Assembly: GCF_039871875.1 (NCBI RefSeq)
Contig: NZ_JBDPMD010000008.1
Span: forward strand, 108,422 to 172,421
Length of the DNA stretch: 64,000 nt
Reading direction: 5' to 3'
From: Sphaerisporangium sp. B11E5
GTDB taxonomy: Bacteria > Actinomycetota > Actinomycetes > Streptosporangiales > Streptosporangiaceae
The position numbers and the translations under genes are program-made. The notes beneath the pieces are model-generated. The model was not told the DNA's origin. It did no database searches and saw nothing but the letters and a program-made list of their open reading frames with translations. Of the stretch, positions 36,565 through 47,771 are shown in pieces; the first letter of the stretch is position 1, and each line of letters opens with the position of its first letter.

Positions 36565-38547
36565 ATGAGCGGCACGGGAGAGCTGGCCGTACCCGAGGTG
36601 ATGGACAGCCCGGTGCCGCCGAGGGCGCCCGGGAGCCGGTTCGGGCGGTGGATGCTGGAGCATCGGGTGCAGCCGGTGGGGCCGGAGGCGGACGAGAGCC
36701 ACGCCCGCCCGCAGGCCTGGTGGAAGATCATGTGCCTGACCGGCGTGGACTACTTCTCGACGCTGGCCTACCTCCCCGCCATCGCCGCGCTCGCCGCGGG
36801 GGCGCTGTCACCGCTCGCCACGCTGCTCATCGTGGCGCTCACCCTGCTCGGCATGCTCCCCATGTACCGGCGGGTGGCCAGGGAGAGCCCGAACGGCCAG
36901 GGCTCGGTGGCGATGCTGGAGAACCTGCTGCCGTTCTGGTGGGGCAAGCTGTTCGTGCTGGTCCTGCTGGGTTTCGTGGTCACCTCGTGGATCGTCACGA
37001 TCACCCTGTCCGCCGCGGACGCCTCGGTGCACGTCCTGGAGAACCCCTATGCCCCTGGCTTCCTGCACGGCCAGGCGGTGCCGCTGACGATCGTGCTGCT
37101 GCTGGTGCTCGGCGGGGTGTTCCTGCTCGGCTTCAGCGAGGCGGTCGGCGTCGCGATCCCGCTGGTGGCGCTGTTCCTCGGGCTGAACGCCGTGGTCGTG
37201 GCCGTCGGTCTCGGGGACGTGCTGACCCACCCGGAGACCTGGTCGCGGTGGACCGACGCCCTCACCCACAGCGGGGGCGGACTCGGCGGCGTGCTCGGCC
37301 CCGCGGTGCTGGCGTTCCCGCTGCTGGTGCTCGGCCTGTCGGGCTTCGAGACGGGTGTCAGCATGATGCCCCTGGTGGCGGCCGAGGGAAAGGACGCGGC
37401 GGAGCGCAAGGAGGCGCGCATCCGCAACACCCGCAAGCTGCTGACCGTCGCGGCGCTGATCATGAGCGTCTACCTGATCGCCACGAGCTTCGTGACCACC
37501 CTGCTCATCCCGCCGGAGCGGTTCCAGCCGGGCGGCGAGGCCAACGGCCGCGCGCTGGCGTACCTGGCGCACGAGCGTCTCGGTGAGGTGTTCGGCACCG
37601 CGTACGACATCAGCACCATCCTCATCCTGTGGTTCGCGGGCGCCTCCGCCATGGCCGGCCTGATCAACATCGTGCCGCGGTACCTGCCGTCGTACGGCAT
37701 GGCGCCGGAGTGGGGCCGCGCGGTACGGCCGGTGGTGATCGTCTACACGGTGATCTCCGTCGTCATCACCGTCGTCTTCGGCGCCGACGTCAACGCCCAG
37801 GCCGGCGCGTACGCCACCGGCATCCTCGCGATGATGGTGTCCGGCGCGGTCGCGGTGACCATCTCGGCCCTGCGCCGCCGGCGGCGCGCCGCCGCCGCGG
37901 GCTTCTGCGTGCTCACCCTGGTCCTGCTGTACGCGCTGGTGGAGAACATCAGGGAGAAGCCGGACGGCATCGCGATCTCCGCGATGTTCATCCTCGGCAT
38001 CGTGGTGGTGTCGCTCGTCTCCCGGGTGTCACGCACCACCGAGCTGCGCGCCGACCGCATCGAGTTCGACGGGAACGCCCGCCGCTTCGTCGCCGGCTCC
38101 CTGGCCCACGACGGCGCGCTGAACATCATCGCCAACCGCAGGCAGGACGGCGACGCGGCCGAGTACGACGCCAAGGAGGCCGAGCAGCGGGGCATGAACC
38201 CGGTGCCGAACCCCGCCGACGTGCTGTTCCTCGAGATCGACGTGGTCGACCCGTCGGAGTTCAGCGGCGTGCTGCGCGTGCGGGGCATCGACGTCGGCGG
38301 CCACCGCGTGCTGCGCGCGGAAAGCCCGGCCGCCCCCAACGCCATCGCGGCGATCCTGCTCGCGCTGCGCGACGCGACCGGCGTCCGGCCCCACGCGTAC
38401 TTCGAATGGTCGGAGGGAGCTCCGCTCACCCACCTGTTCCGTTACCTCCTCCTCGGCCGCGGCGACACGCCCCCGGTCGTGCGCGAGATCATCCGGCAGA
38501 ACGAGCCGGAGCCGTCCCGCCGCCCGGGAATCCACGTGGGCGGCTGA
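36565..38547 (+). CDS. APC-superfamily amino-acid/polyamine permease with C-terminal cytoplasmic domain
   Basis: 12 predicted TM helices. ~200-aa soluble tail. RBS GAGGAGAGG. Confidence 0.7.
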   Translation: MSGTGELAVPEVMDSPVPPRAPGSRFGRWMLEHRVQPVGPEADESHARPQAWWKIMCLTGVDYFSTLAYLPAIAALAAGALSPLATLLIVALTLLGMLPMYRRVARESPNGQGSVAMLENLLPFWWGKLFVLVLLGFVVTSWIVTITLSAADASVHVLENPYAPGFLHGQAVPLTIVLLLVLGGVFLLGFSEAVGVAIPLVALFLGLNAVVVAVGLGDVLTHPETWSRWTDALTHSGGGLGGVLGPAVLAFPLLVLGLSGFETGVSMMPLVAAEGKDAAERKEARIRNTRKLLTVAALIMSVYLIATSFVTTLLIPPERFQPGGEANGRALAYLAHERLGEVFGTAYDISTILILWFAGASAMAGLINIVPRYLPSYGMAPEWGRAVRPVVIVYTVISVVITVVFGADVNAQAGAYATGILAMMVSGAVAVTISALRRRRRAAAAGFCVLTLVLLYALVENIREKPDGIAISAMFILGIVVVSLVSRVSRTTELRADRIEFDGNARRFVAGSLAHDGALNIIANRRQDGDAAEYDAKEAEQRGMNPVPNPADVLFLEIDVVDPSEFSGVLRVRGIDVGGHRVLRAESPAAPNAIAAILLALRDATGVRPHAYFEWSEGAPLTHLFRYLLLGRGDTPPVVREIIRQNEPEPSRRPGIHVGG

Positions 38548-38724
38548 GTTCGCCGGGGAGCCTCACCGTACGACGCCGTCGCGTCGGGAACTCGTCAACA
38601 AACGGCTGACCGGCGTATGAAAACCGTCAAGACCCGTCAAAAGCCCTAAATCCCGCGATTTCCTGGACATGGGCCGCCTCTCCGGGCGGCCTGAAGCGTG
38701 TTGTCCGGAATCTGAGGAGTGGGG

Positions 38725-38808
38725 ATGGCCGACGTCATCTTCGTCGTCCTGACGATCGCGATCTTCGTGATCTTCGGGTTCGTGGTCAAGGCGGTGGAAC
38801 GGCTGTGA
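38725..38808 (+). CDS. 27-aa hydrophobic micro-protein upstream of and coupled (GTGA) to kdpF
   Basis: [41 protein letters not shown]. Confidence 0.4.
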   Translation: MADVIFVVLTIAIFVIFGFVVKAVERL

Positions 38809-38894
38809 GTGCCGTCAACGCCATCGGCCTGGCCGGTGCGGTCCTGCTGGTGATCTTCATGGTCGCCGCCCTGCTCTTCGCGGAGCGCTTCTAG
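38805..38894 (+). CDS. kdpF: K+-transporting ATPase subunit F
   Basis: [29 protein letters not shown] matches the KdpF consensus (…LLF.E.F). Immediately precedes kdpA. Confidence 0.7.
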   Translation: MSAVNAIGLAGAVLLVIFMVAALLFAERF

Positions 38895-40556
38895 ATGAGC
38901 ACGACCACCGCCGGGGTCATCTTCGTCGCGTCGCTCGTCGCGGTGCTCGCCCTGGTGCACAAGCCGCTCGGCGACCACATGTACCGGGTGTACACCGGGG
39001 CGCGCCACCTCGCCGTCGAACGCGTCATCTACCGCCTTCTCGGGGTGCGCCCCGACGCCGAGCAGAGATGGGGCGTCTACGCCCGCAGCCTGCTGGCGTT
39101 CTCGATCGTCTCCATCGGGTTCGTCTACCTGACGCAACGCGTGCAGGACAAGCTGTTCCTGAGCCTCGGCCTCCCCGCCGTCCCCGACCACATCGCGTGG
39201 AACACGGCGATCAGCTTCGTCACCAACACCAACTGGCAGGCGTACTCCGGCGAGAACACCATGGGGCACCTGACCCAGATGGCCGCGCTCGCCGTGCAGA
39301 ACTTCGTCTCCGCCGCGGTCGGCATGGCCGTCGCCATCGCCCTGGTCCGCGGGTTCGCCCGCAGCCGCAGCGACACCATCGGCAACTTCTGGGTGGACCT
39401 GGTGCGCGGCATCGTCCGGGTCCTGCTGCCCGTGGCCTTCGTCGGCGCGCTGATCCTGGTGGCCGGCGGCGTGGTGCAGAACCTCACGGGCCCGCACGAC
39501 GTCACCACCCTCACCGGCGGCGTTCGGCACATGACCGGCGGCCCGGTGGCGAGCCAGGAGGTCATCAAGGAACTCGGCACCAACGGCGGCGGCTTCTACA
39601 ACACCAACTCCGCCCACCCGTTCGAGAACCCGACGACCTGGACCGACTGGTTCGAGATCTTCCTGCTCCTGGTCATCCCGTTCAGCCTGCCGCGCACCTT
39701 CGGCAGAATGGTCGGCCAGGTCCGCCAGGGCCACGCCATCCTCGCCGTGATGGCCGTCATCGCGCTCGGCAGCGTGGCGCTGACCAACGTGTTCGAGCTG
39801 AGCGGCGGGGCCACCGTGCCGCAGGCCGTCGGCGCGGCGCTGGAGGGCAAGGACGTCCGGTTCGGCGTGTCGAACTCCGCGACGTTCGCCGCGGCCACCA
39901 CGCTGACCTCCACCGGCGCGGTCAACTCGTTCCACGACTCGTTCACGCCGCTCGGCGGCATGATGACGCTGTTCAACATGATGCTGGGCGAGGTCGCGCC
40001 CGGCGGCGTCGGCGCGGGCCTGTACGGCATGCTCGTGCTCGCCGTGATCACGGTGTTCGTGGCGGGGCTCATGGTCGGCCGCACCCCCGAGTACCTGGGC
40101 AAGAGGATCGGTGCGCGCGAGATCAAGCTCGCCTCGATGTACTTCCTGGTCACGCCGGTCCTGGTGCTCGCCGGCACCGCGGTGGCGATGGCCAACGAGG
40201 CGGGCCTCGCGGCCATGCTGAACAGCGGCCCGCACGGCTTCTCCGAGATCCTCTACGCCTTCACCAGCGCGTCCAGCAACAACGGTTCGGCGTTCGGCGG
40301 CGTCACGGTCAACACCCCGTTCTACGACGTGGCGCTGGGTCTGTGCATGGTGCTCGGCCGGTTCCTGCCGATCATCTTCGTGCTCGCCCTCGCGGGTTCG
40401 CTCGCCCGGCAGGCCCCGGTACCGGAGTCGGCGGGCACCCTGCCCACGCACCGGCCGCAGTTCGTCGGCCTGGTCGTCGGGGTGACGATCGTGCTGGTCG
40501 CGCTGACCTTCCTCCCCGCCCTCGCGCTCGGACCGCTCGCAGAAGGAATCCACTGA
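38895..40556 (+). CDS. kdpA: Potassium-transporting ATPase subunit A
   Basis: Full-length KdpA-like sequence with selectivity-filter-like …[13 protein letters not shown]…. Confidence 0.9.
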   Translation: MSTTTAGVIFVASLVAVLALVHKPLGDHMYRVYTGARHLAVERVIYRLLGVRPDAEQRWGVYARSLLAFSIVSIGFVYLTQRVQDKLFLSLGLPAVPDHIAWNTAISFVTNTNWQAYSGENTMGHLTQMAALAVQNFVSAAVGMAVAIALVRGFARSRSDTIGNFWVDLVRGIVRVLLPVAFVGALILVAGGVVQNLTGPHDVTTLTGGVRHMTGGPVASQEVIKELGTNGGGFYNTNSAHPFENPTTWTDWFEIFLLLVIPFSLPRTFGRMVGQVRQGHAILAVMAVIALGSVALTNVFELSGGATVPQAVGAALEGKDVRFGVSNSATFAAATTLTSTGAVNSFHDSFTPLGGMMTLFNMMLGEVAPGGVGAGLYGMLVLAVITVFVAGLMVGRTPEYLGKRIGAREIKLASMYFLVTPVLVLAGTAVAMANEAGLAAMLNSGPHGFSEILYAFTSASSNNGSAFGGVTVNTPFYDVALGLCMVLGRFLPIIFVLALAGSLARQAPVPESAGTLPTHRPQFVGLVVGVTIVLVALTFLPALALGPLAEGIH

Positions 40557-42700
40557 TGTCCACCCCAGTCCCGCGGGACCGTACCGCCGAGGCGCGGAAG
40601 AACTCCCGCGTCGGCGGCGGGCTGCTCGACCCCCAGCAGTTGATCACCTCGTTGCCCGACGCGTTCCGCAAGCTCAACCCCCTCACGCTGTGGCGCAACC
40701 CCGTCATGCTGATCGTGGAGGCCGGCGCGCTCGCCACGACGGTGCTCGCCGCCACCGGCGAGGCGTCGTTCTTCGCGTGGGCCATCGCGGTGTGGTTGTG
40801 GCTCACCGTGGTGTTCGCCAACCTGGCCGAGGCGGTGGCCGAGGGCCGCGGCAAGGCCCAGGCCGCCACGCTGCGCGCCGCCAAGCGCGACACCACGGCC
40901 CGCAGGCTCACCGGCCGGCGTCCCGGCGCCGAGGCGTCCCGGTGGGACACCGTCGGCGCGTCCGAGCTCAAGCAGGGCGACTTCGTGGTCGTCGAGGCCG
41001 GGGAGATCATCCCCGGGGACGGCGACGTGGTGGAGGGCATCGCCAGCGTCGACGAGTCGGCCATCACCGGCGAGTCGGCCCCCGTGATCCGAGAGTCGGG
41101 CGGCGACCGCTCGGCGGTGACCGGCGGCACCAAGGTGCTGTCGGACCGCATCGTCGTGCAGATCACCCAGAAGCCCGGCGAGAGCTTCATCGACCGCATG
41201 ATCGCCCTGGTCGAGGGCGCCGGCCGGCAGAAGACGCCCAACGAGATCGCGCTGAACATCCTGCTCGCCGCGCTGACGATCATCTTCCTGGTCGCCACCG
41301 TGACCATGCAGCCGATGGCGATCCACGCCAGGAACATCAACCCCGGCGTGCCCGACTCCCTGGCGCTGAACGCCGACGGCGTGACCGGCGTCGTGCTGAT
41401 CTCGCTGCTGGTCTGCCTCATCCCCACCACCATCGGCGCCCTGTTGTCGGCCATCGGCATCGCGGGCATGGACCGCCTGGTGCAGCGCAACGTGCTCGCC
41501 ATGTCGGGCCGCGCGGTCGAGGCGGCGGGCGACGTCGGCACCCTGCTGCTCGACAAGACCGGCACCATCACGCTCGGCAACCGCCAGGCGTCGGAGTTCC
41601 TGCCCGTCGACGGGGTCGCCGCCATGGACCTCGCCGCGGCGGCCCAGCTCTCCAGCCTCGCCGACGAGACCCCCGAGGGCCGGTCCGTCGTGGTGTACGC
41701 CAAGCAGGCGTACGGCCTGCGTGAGCGTGGCCTGGGCGAGCTGGCGCACGCGCACTGGGTGCCGTTCACCGCGCAGACCCGCATGAGCGGCGTCGATCTC
41801 GACGGCCGGCAGGTCCGCAAGGGCGCGGCCACCGCCGTGATGAAATGGGTGCGCGACAACGGCGGGCACCCCACCGACGACGCCGGCCACCTGGTGGACG
41901 GCATCTCGTCCGGCGGCGGCACACCCCTGGTGGTGGGGGAGCACGTGGCGGGCCGGGCCCGGGTGCTCGGCGTGATCCACCTCAAGGACGTCGTCAAGCA
42001 GGGCATGCGCGAGCGTTTCGACGAGATGCGGCGCATGGGCATCCGCACCGTCATGATCACCGGCGACAACCCGCTGACCGCCAAGGCCATCGCGGACGAG
42101 GCCGGGGTGGACGACTTCCTCGCCGAGGCCACCCCCGAGGACAAGCTCGCCCTGATCCGCGAGGAACAGGAGGGCGGCCGCCTGGTCGCCATGACCGGCG
42201 ACGGCACCAACGACGCGCCGGCGCTCGCGCAGGCCGACGTCGGCGTGGCCATGAACACCGGCACGTCGGCCGCCAAGGAGGCCGGCAACATGGTCGATCT
42301 CGACTCCAACCCCACCAAGCTCATCGAGATCGTGGAGATCGGCAAGCAGCTCCTCATCACCCGGGGCGCGCTCACGACTTTCTCGATCGCCAACGACATC
42401 GCCAAGTACTTCGCGATCATTCCCGCGATGTTCGCCGCGGTGTACCCGGGCCTCGACGCGCTCAACATCATGCGCCTGGCCAGCCCCCAGTCGGCGATCC
42501 TCTCCGCGGTGATCTTCAACGCGGTCGTCATCGTCGCGCTGATCCCGCTCGCCCTGCGCGGTGTGCGCTACCGGCCGGCCGCGGCGTCGAAGCTGCTGTC
42601 GCGCAACCTGTACGTCTACGGGCTCGGCGGCGTCATCACCCCCTTCATCGGCATCAAGCTCATCGACCTGCTGGTCCAGTTCTTTCCCGGGATGTCGTGA
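40556..42700 (+). CDS. kdpB: Potassium-transporting ATPase subunit B (P-type ATPase)
   Basis: DKTGTIT phosphorylation motif and [10 protein letters not shown] hinge. TGATG coupling to kdpA. Confidence 0.9.
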   Translation: MSTPVPRDRTAEARKNSRVGGGLLDPQQLITSLPDAFRKLNPLTLWRNPVMLIVEAGALATTVLAATGEASFFAWAIAVWLWLTVVFANLAEAVAEGRGKAQAATLRAAKRDTTARRLTGRRPGAEASRWDTVGASELKQGDFVVVEAGEIIPGDGDVVEGIASVDESAITGESAPVIRESGGDRSAVTGGTKVLSDRIVVQITQKPGESFIDRMIALVEGAGRQKTPNEIALNILLAALTIIFLVATVTMQPMAIHARNINPGVPDSLALNADGVTGVVLISLLVCLIPTTIGALLSAIGIAGMDRLVQRNVLAMSGRAVEAAGDVGTLLLDKTGTITLGNRQASEFLPVDGVAAMDLAAAAQLSSLADETPEGRSVVVYAKQAYGLRERGLGELAHAHWVPFTAQTRMSGVDLDGRQVRKGAATAVMKWVRDNGGHPTDDAGHLVDGISSGGGTPLVVGEHVAGRARVLGVIHLKDVVKQGMRERFDEMRRMGIRTVMITGDNPLTAKAIADEAGVDDFLAEATPEDKLALIREEQEGGRLVAMTGDGTNDAPALAQADVGVAMNTGTSAAKEAGNMVDLDSNPTKLIEIVEIGKQLLITRGALTTFSIANDIAKYFAIIPAMFAAVYPGLDALNIMRLASPQSAILSAVIFNAVVIVALIPLALRGVRYRPAAASKLLSRNLYVYGLGGVITPFIGIKLIDLLVQFFPGMS

Positions 42701-43557
42701 TGGAACGTCTACCTGGCTGGCTCCGCCGGCACGTCGCCGCGATCCGCGCGGTCGTCGTCCTGACCCTGCTTCTCGGCGCGGTCTACCCGCTCGCGGTGAC
42801 CGGGGTCGCGCAGGCCCTGTTCAACGGCAGGGCCAACGGCTCGATGATCGAGCGGGACGGCAGGGCCGTCGGCAGCGCGCTCATCGGGCAGTCCTTCACC
42901 GACGCCGAGGGCAAGGCGGTCGGCACGTACTTCCAGAGTCGCCCGTCGGCCGCCGGCGACGGCTACGACATGCTCTCCACCGCGGCGAGCAACCTCGGCC
43001 CTGAGGACGTCGTGGACGTCCTGCCGGTGCCCGGGGCCGAGGAGGGCGGGCGGCAGAGCCTGCTCACGCAGGTGTGTGCCCGCTCCAAGGAGATCGGCGA
43101 GCGCGAGGGCGTGTCCGGCGCCCGGCCGTACTGCACCCCCGACGGCGTGGGCGCGGTGCTGAAGGTGTTCCCGGCGGTCGGCCTGCCCATCCGCGTGGTC
43201 AGCGTCAACCAGGCCTGCCCCGCCACGCCGTTCGTCGCCGAGTACGGCGGCGTTAAGGTGGAGTGCGGCAGGCCCGGCGAGGACTACTCCGCGGGCCGCA
43301 CCGTCCCGGTGCGCGGCGACGTCACCCACATCAGGGTCCCCGGCGACGCGGTCACCGCCAGCGGCTCCGGTCTCGACCCGCACATCTCGGTGGCCTACGC
43401 CGAGCTGCAGGCGCCCCGGGTCGCCAAGGCGCGGGGCATGGACGAGGGCAGGGTGCGCGCCCTGATCGCCGCGCACACCGACGGCCGCGGCCTCGGCTTC
43501 ATGGGCGAGCCCGCGGTGAACGTCCTGGAACTCAACCTGGCCCTCGACCAGGGATGA
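42700..43557 (+). CDS. kdpC: Potassium-transporting ATPase subunit C
   Basis: N-terminal TM then KdpC-like GSGLDPHIS motif. ATGA coupling to kdpB. Confidence 0.85.
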   Translation: MERLPGWLRRHVAAIRAVVVLTLLLGAVYPLAVTGVAQALFNGRANGSMIERDGRAVGSALIGQSFTDAEGKAVGTYFQSRPSAAGDGYDMLSTAASNLGPEDVVDVLPVPGAEEGGRQSLLTQVCARSKEIGEREGVSGARPYCTPDGVGAVLKVFPAVGLPIRVVSVNQACPATPFVAEYGGVKVECGRPGEDYSAGRTVPVRGDVTHIRVPGDAVTASGSGLDPHISVAYAELQAPRVAKARGMDEGRVRALIAAHTDGRGLGFMGEPAVNVLELNLALDQG

Positions 43558-43579
43558 ACGAGGGGAGGGCCGGCAGCGG

Positions 43580-46144
43580 ATGAGCACAGCGCGCGGGCGG
43601 CTGCGGGTGTACCTCGGCGCCGCCCCCGGCGTCGGCAAGACCTACGCGATGCTCTGCGAGGGCCGCCGCGCGAGGGAACGCGGGCGTGACGTGGTGGTCG
43701 GTTTCGTCGAGACGCACGGCCGCGCCCGCACCGCCGCCCTGCTGGAGGACATGGAGGTCGTCCCGCGCCGGAAAGTGGTCTACCGGGGCGCGACCTTCAC
43801 CGAGCTCGACACCGCCGCGGTCATCGCCCGCCGCCCGAGGGCCGTCCTGGTCGACGAACTGGCCCACACCAACGTGCCGGGCTCGGCGAACGTCAAGCGC
43901 TGGGAGGACATCGAGGACATCCTGGATGCCGGCATCGACGTGATCTCGACCGTCAACATCCAGCACCTGGAGTCGGTCAACGACGTGGTGCGCGAGATCA
44001 CCGGCGTGCCTCAGCGGGAGACCGTGCCGGACGAGGTGGTGCGCCGGGCCGACCAGGTCGAACTGGTCGACATGTCCCCCGACGCGCTGCGCCGCAGGAT
44101 GGCGCACGGCAACGTCTACCCGCCGGAGAAGATCGACGCGGCGCTGTCCAACTACTTCCGGGTCGGCAACCTCACCGCGCTGCGGGAACTGGCCCTGCTG
44201 TGGGTCGCGGGGAAGGTCGACGACCAGCTCGACCGCTACCGCGCGGCCCACGGCATCGCCGGCACCTGGGAGACCCGCGAACGGGTCGTCGTCGCGCTCA
44301 CCGGCGGCCCCGAGGGCGACACCCTGGTGCGGCGGGCCGCCCGCATCGCCGACCGCAGCAAGGGCGCCGACCTGCTGGCCGTGCACGTCACCCGCGCCGA
44401 CGACCTCACCGGCGCCGACCCCGCCGCCCTCGCCAGGCAGCGGGCCCTGGTGGAGAGCATGGGCGGCAGCTACCACCAGGTGGTGGGCGACGACGTGCCC
44501 CGGGCACTGCTGGAGTTCGCCCGCGGGGTGAACGCCACCCAGCTCGTGCTCGGCGCCTCGCGGCGGGGACGGCTGGCGCAGATCTTCTCCCGGGGCGTCG
44601 GCGTCGAGGTCACCGCCCTGTCCGGGAGCATCGACGTCCACATGATCACGCACGCGGAGGCGCGGCGTGGACGCCGGCGCGTCGCCCGGTCCAGGGCCGC
44701 GCTGACCCGCACGCGGCGGCGCACCGGGTGGGCCATGGCGGTGGCGGGCATGCCTGTGCTCGCCGCCGGATTGGTGCCGTTCCGCGAGATCGTTTCCCTG
44801 CCCAGCGAGATCCTGCTGTTCCTCAGCATGGTGGTGGGCGTCGCGCTCGTCGGCGGCATGTGGCCCGCGATCACGGCGGCCGTCGCGGGGTCGCTGCTGC
44901 TCAACTACTTCTTCACCCCGCCCACCGGCACCTTCACCATCGCCGCGCCGGAAAACCTGCTGGCGCTCGCCGTGTTCGTCGTGGTCGCCGCCGCCGTCGC
45001 CGCGGTCGTGGACCTCGCGGCGCGCCGCACCAGGGAGGCGGCACTCGCGGGCGCGGACGCCGAGGTGTTGTCCACGCTGGCCGGGCACGTGCTGCGCGGC
45101 GACGCGGCGTTGCCGTCCCTGCTGGCCCGGCTGCGTGAGATCTACGGCCTCACCTCGGTCACCCTGCTGGAACGCACCACCGCACCCAGTCCCGACGACC
45201 GCGCCGACTCCGGGGTGTGGCGCATCGTCGCGAACGCCGGAGGTGTGCCCTGCACCAGCCCGGCGTCCTCCGACAGCGACGTGGTCATCGACGAGGACCT
45301 GGTGCTGGCGCTGCGGGGCAGGCTGCTCGGCGCGTCCGACCGGCGCGTGCTCGAGGCGTTCGCCGCCGAGGCGGCCGTCGCGCTGCGCCAGGAACGGCTG
45401 AGCGAGCAGGCCGAAAAGGCCAAGCCGCTCGCCGAGGCCGACCGCATGCGCACCGCGCTGCTCGCCGCGGTCAGCCATGACCTGCGTACCCCGCTGGCGT
45501 CGGCGAAGGCCGCCGTGGACAGCCTGCGCACCACCGAGATCGAGTGGAGCGAGACGGACCGGCGCGAGCTGCTCGCCACGGCCGACGAATCGCTCGTCAA
45601 GCTCCAGCGCCTGGTCGAGAACCTGCTCGACATGAGCCGCCTGCAGGCCGGGGTGCTCGGGCTGGCGCTGCGGCCGGTGCCGCTGGAGGAGATCGTCCCG
45701 CGGTCCGTCGACGACCTCGGGCCGCTCAGCGAGCGGATCGAGGGGGACGTCTCGCCCGAACTCCCCGAGATCGTGGCGGACCCGGCGTTGCTGGAACGCA
45801 TCCTCGTCAACCTGATGGCCAACGCCGTCCGCCACAGCCCGCCGGACCAGAAGGTGCTGATCACCGCGAGCCGGCTCGGCGACCACGTCGAGATCCGCGT
45901 CGTGGATCGCGGCCCCGGCATCCCGCCCGGCGACTACGAGCGCGTCTTCCTGCCGTTCCAGCGCCTCGGCGACCGCGACAACGAGACCGGCGTCGGCCTC
46001 GGCCTCGCGCTCTCCCGCGGCCTCGCCGACGCCATGGGCGGCACACTCCTGCCCGACGAGACCCCAGGAGGAGGCCTCACCATGATCCTCACCATGCCCA
46101 TCTCCTCACGCGCCGGCGCCGTCCCCCTGGAGGAAACAGCATGA
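43580..46144 (+). CDS. kdpD: Sensor histidine kinase KdpD
   Basis: N-terminal KdpD domain GAAPGVGKTYAML, Usp domain, 4 TM, HisKA/HATPase. Confidence 0.9.
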   Translation: MSTARGRLRVYLGAAPGVGKTYAMLCEGRRARERGRDVVVGFVETHGRARTAALLEDMEVVPRRKVVYRGATFTELDTAAVIARRPRAVLVDELAHTNVPGSANVKRWEDIEDILDAGIDVISTVNIQHLESVNDVVREITGVPQRETVPDEVVRRADQVELVDMSPDALRRRMAHGNVYPPEKIDAALSNYFRVGNLTALRELALLWVAGKVDDQLDRYRAAHGIAGTWETRERVVVALTGGPEGDTLVRRAARIADRSKGADLLAVHVTRADDLTGADPAALARQRALVESMGGSYHQVVGDDVPRALLEFARGVNATQLVLGASRRGRLAQIFSRGVGVEVTALSGSIDVHMITHAEARRGRRRVARSRAALTRTRRRTGWAMAVAGMPVLAAGLVPFREIVSLPSEILLFLSMVVGVALVGGMWPAITAAVAGSLLLNYFFTPPTGTFTIAAPENLLALAVFVVVAAAVAAVVDLAARRTREAALAGADAEVLSTLAGHVLRGDAALPSLLARLREIYGLTSVTLLERTTAPSPDDRADSGVWRIVANAGGVPCTSPASSDSDVVIDEDLVLALRGRLLGASDRRVLEAFAAEAAVALRQERLSEQAEKAKPLAEADRMRTALLAAVSHDLRTPLASAKAAVDSLRTTEIEWSETDRRELLATADESLVKLQRLVENLLDMSRLQAGVLGLALRPVPLEEIVPRSVDDLGPLSERIEGDVSPELPEIVADPALLERILVNLMANAVRHSPPDQKVLITASRLGDHVEIRVVDRGPGIPPGDYERVFLPFQRLGDRDNETGVGLGLALSRGLADAMGGTLLPDETPGGGLTMILTMPISSRAGAVPLEETA

Positions 46145-46809
46145 CCCGCGTCCTGGTCGTCGACGACGAACCCCAGATCCTCCGCGCCCTGCGCATCAAC
46201 CTCGCCGCACGCCACTACGAGGTCGCCGTGGCCCCCGACGGCGGCTCCGCCCTGCGGGAAGCCGCCGACTTCCGCCCCGACGTCGTCCTGCTGGACCTCG
46301 GCCTCCCCGACATCGACGGCGTGGACGTCATCCACGGCCTACGCGGCTGGACCACCGTCCCGATCCTCGTCCTCTCCGGCCGGGCAGGCAACGACGACAA
46401 GGTGGAAGCCCTGGACGCCGGCGCCGACGACTACGTCACCAAGCCGTTCCACATAGAGGAACTCCTGGCCCGCGTCCGCGCCGTCACCCGCCGCGCCGGC
46501 GCCCACGAGCCCGAACAAGCCAAGATCCTCATAGGGCCGTACGAGATAGACCTCTCCGCCCACACCGTCTCAGGCGACCTCCACCTCACCCCCACCGAAT
46601 GGCACATCCTCCAGATCCTCGTCCGCAACCCCGGCAAGTTGATCACCCAACGCCGCCTCCTCACCGAGGTCTGGGGCCCCCAATACGTCAAAGAAACCCA
46701 CTACCTCCGCCAATACATGGCCCAACTCCGCCGCAAACTCGAACAAGACCCCACCCACCCCACCCACCTGATCACCGAACCAGGCATGGGCTACCGCTTC
46801 ACCCCGTAA
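46141..46809 (+). CDS. kdpE: OmpR-family response regulator KdpE
   Basis: Receiver domain plus winged helix. ATGA overlap with kdpD. TAA stop at 46807-46809. Confidence 0.9.
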   Translation: MTRVLVVDDEPQILRALRINLAARHYEVAVAPDGGSALREAADFRPDVVLLDLGLPDIDGVDVIHGLRGWTTVPILVLSGRAGNDDKVEALDAGADDYVTKPFHIEELLARVRAVTRRAGAHEPEQAKILIGPYEIDLSAHTVSGDLHLTPTEWHILQILVRNPGKLITQRRLLTEVWGPQYVKETHYLRQYMAQLRRKLEQDPTHPTHLITEPGMGYRFTP

Positions 46810-46815
46810 GAGCTC

Positions 46816-47403
46816 CTAACGCAATGAGGTGAGGCGTCGCCAGCAGATGAGGGCGCAGCCGAGGCTGAGGAAGGCTCGGTGGATGTCCTCGCGGATCTCC
46901 CAGCGGATGCGCAGCCGTCGGAAGTGGTGCAGCAGGGCGAAGGTCTGTTCGACGACCCAGCGTTGTTTGCCCAGGCCGGAGCCGTGCTCGGTTCCTCGGC
47001 GGGCGATGAGCGGTCGGATGCCCAGGGCTCGGACCTGCTTGCGGTACTTGTCGTGGTCGTAGCCGCGATCGGCCAGGACGACATCGGGACGCCTGCGAGG
47101 CCGGCCACGCTTGCCGCGTACGTTTGGGACGGCCTCCAGCAACGGCACCAGCTGGGTGACATCGTTGCGGTTGCCGCCGGTCAGGATGACTGCCAGCGGG
47201 ACGCCGGTCGCTTCGGTGATCAGGTGATGCTTGCTGCCCAACCGGCCTCTGTCGACGGGGCTCGGACCGGTCTGCGCCCCCCTTTTAGCGCTCTGATGTG
47301 GGAAGAATCCACCGCGGCGCGAGAGAAGTCCAGGGCGTCGGCGGCGCGGAGCCGATCGAGCAGCACTTCGTGCAGGCGCTGCCAGACCCCGGCCTTGTTC
47401 CAC
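46816..47403 (-). CDS. IS5-family transposase OrfB (DDE domain); probably expressed as an OrfAB fusion by -1 frameshift
   Basis: …ADRGYDHDKYRKQVRALGIRPLIARRG…QRWVVEQTFALLHHFRRLRIRWE. Overlaps orfA by ~180 nt. A4G6 slippery run at ~47283. Confidence 0.75.
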   Translation of the reverse strand: MEQGRGLAAPARSAARSAPRRRRPGLLSRRGGFFPHQSAKRGAQTGPSPVDRGRLGSKHHLITEATGVPLAVILTGGNRNDVTQLVPLLEAVPNVRGKRGRPRRRPDVVLADRGYDHDKYRKQVRALGIRPLIARRGTEHGSGLGKQRWVVEQTFALLHHFRRLRIRWEIREDIHRAFLSLGCALICWRRLTSLR

Positions 47404-47630
47404 TCGGCCAGCCGCCGCCAGCAGGTCATACCCGAGCCGTACCCCAGCTCCTGCGGCAGATGCTCCCAGGCGATCCCGGTGTGCAGGACGAACAGGATGC
47501 CCTGCAAGGCCAGGCGGTCATCCAGCCGCTTGCGTCCCGGATGGCGGACCCGCCGCTGATGCTTGGGCAGCAACGGCTCGATGACCGCCCATAACTCGTC
47601 ACTGACCTCCCACGGCTTCAGCCGCGCCAC
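47220..47630 (-). CDS. IS5-family transposase OrfA (DUF4096/HTH N-terminal part)
   Basis: MARLKPWEVSDELWAVIEPLLP…GRKRLDDRLALQGILFVLHTGIAWEHLP. Confidence 0.75.
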   Translation of the reverse strand: MARLKPWEVSDELWAVIEPLLPKHQRRVRHPGRKRLDDRLALQGILFVLHTGIAWEHLPQELGYGSGMTCWRRLAEWNKAGVWQRLHEVLLDRLRAADALDFSRAAVDSSHIRALKGGRRPVRAPSTEAGWAASIT

Positions 47631-47771
47631 GACCCACCCCTCTCGCCACCGCTACAGCGAGAGATCAAAGCACAACAGAGATCATTCTGTTAGGAGCTCT
47701 AAGCCCCTCGCCCCGGCTCCCTGGAATCGTGCCCGCGGCCCTTGAACGGCGCCTTCGGCGCTGTTCTTTTC

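Larger units (their letters stand above)
46810..47699 (-). mobile_element. IS5-family (IS427/IS1031 group) insertion sequence, 890 bp, with imperfect terminal IRs and TAA target-site duplication
   Basis: IRL GAGCTCCTAACGCAATGA (46810-) versus IRR complement GAGCTCCTAACAGAATGA (-47699). TAA at 46807-46809 and 47700-47702. Two overlapping transposase ORFs. Confidence 0.8.

Noticed and set aside
39068-42700. 1210-aa ORF fusing an out-of-frame part of kdpA to kdpB (and 41845..43557 fusing kdpB to kdpC)
   Set aside because: KdpB homology starts at the ATG at 40556 and KdpC at 42700. Upstream portions are alternative frames of the preceding genes.
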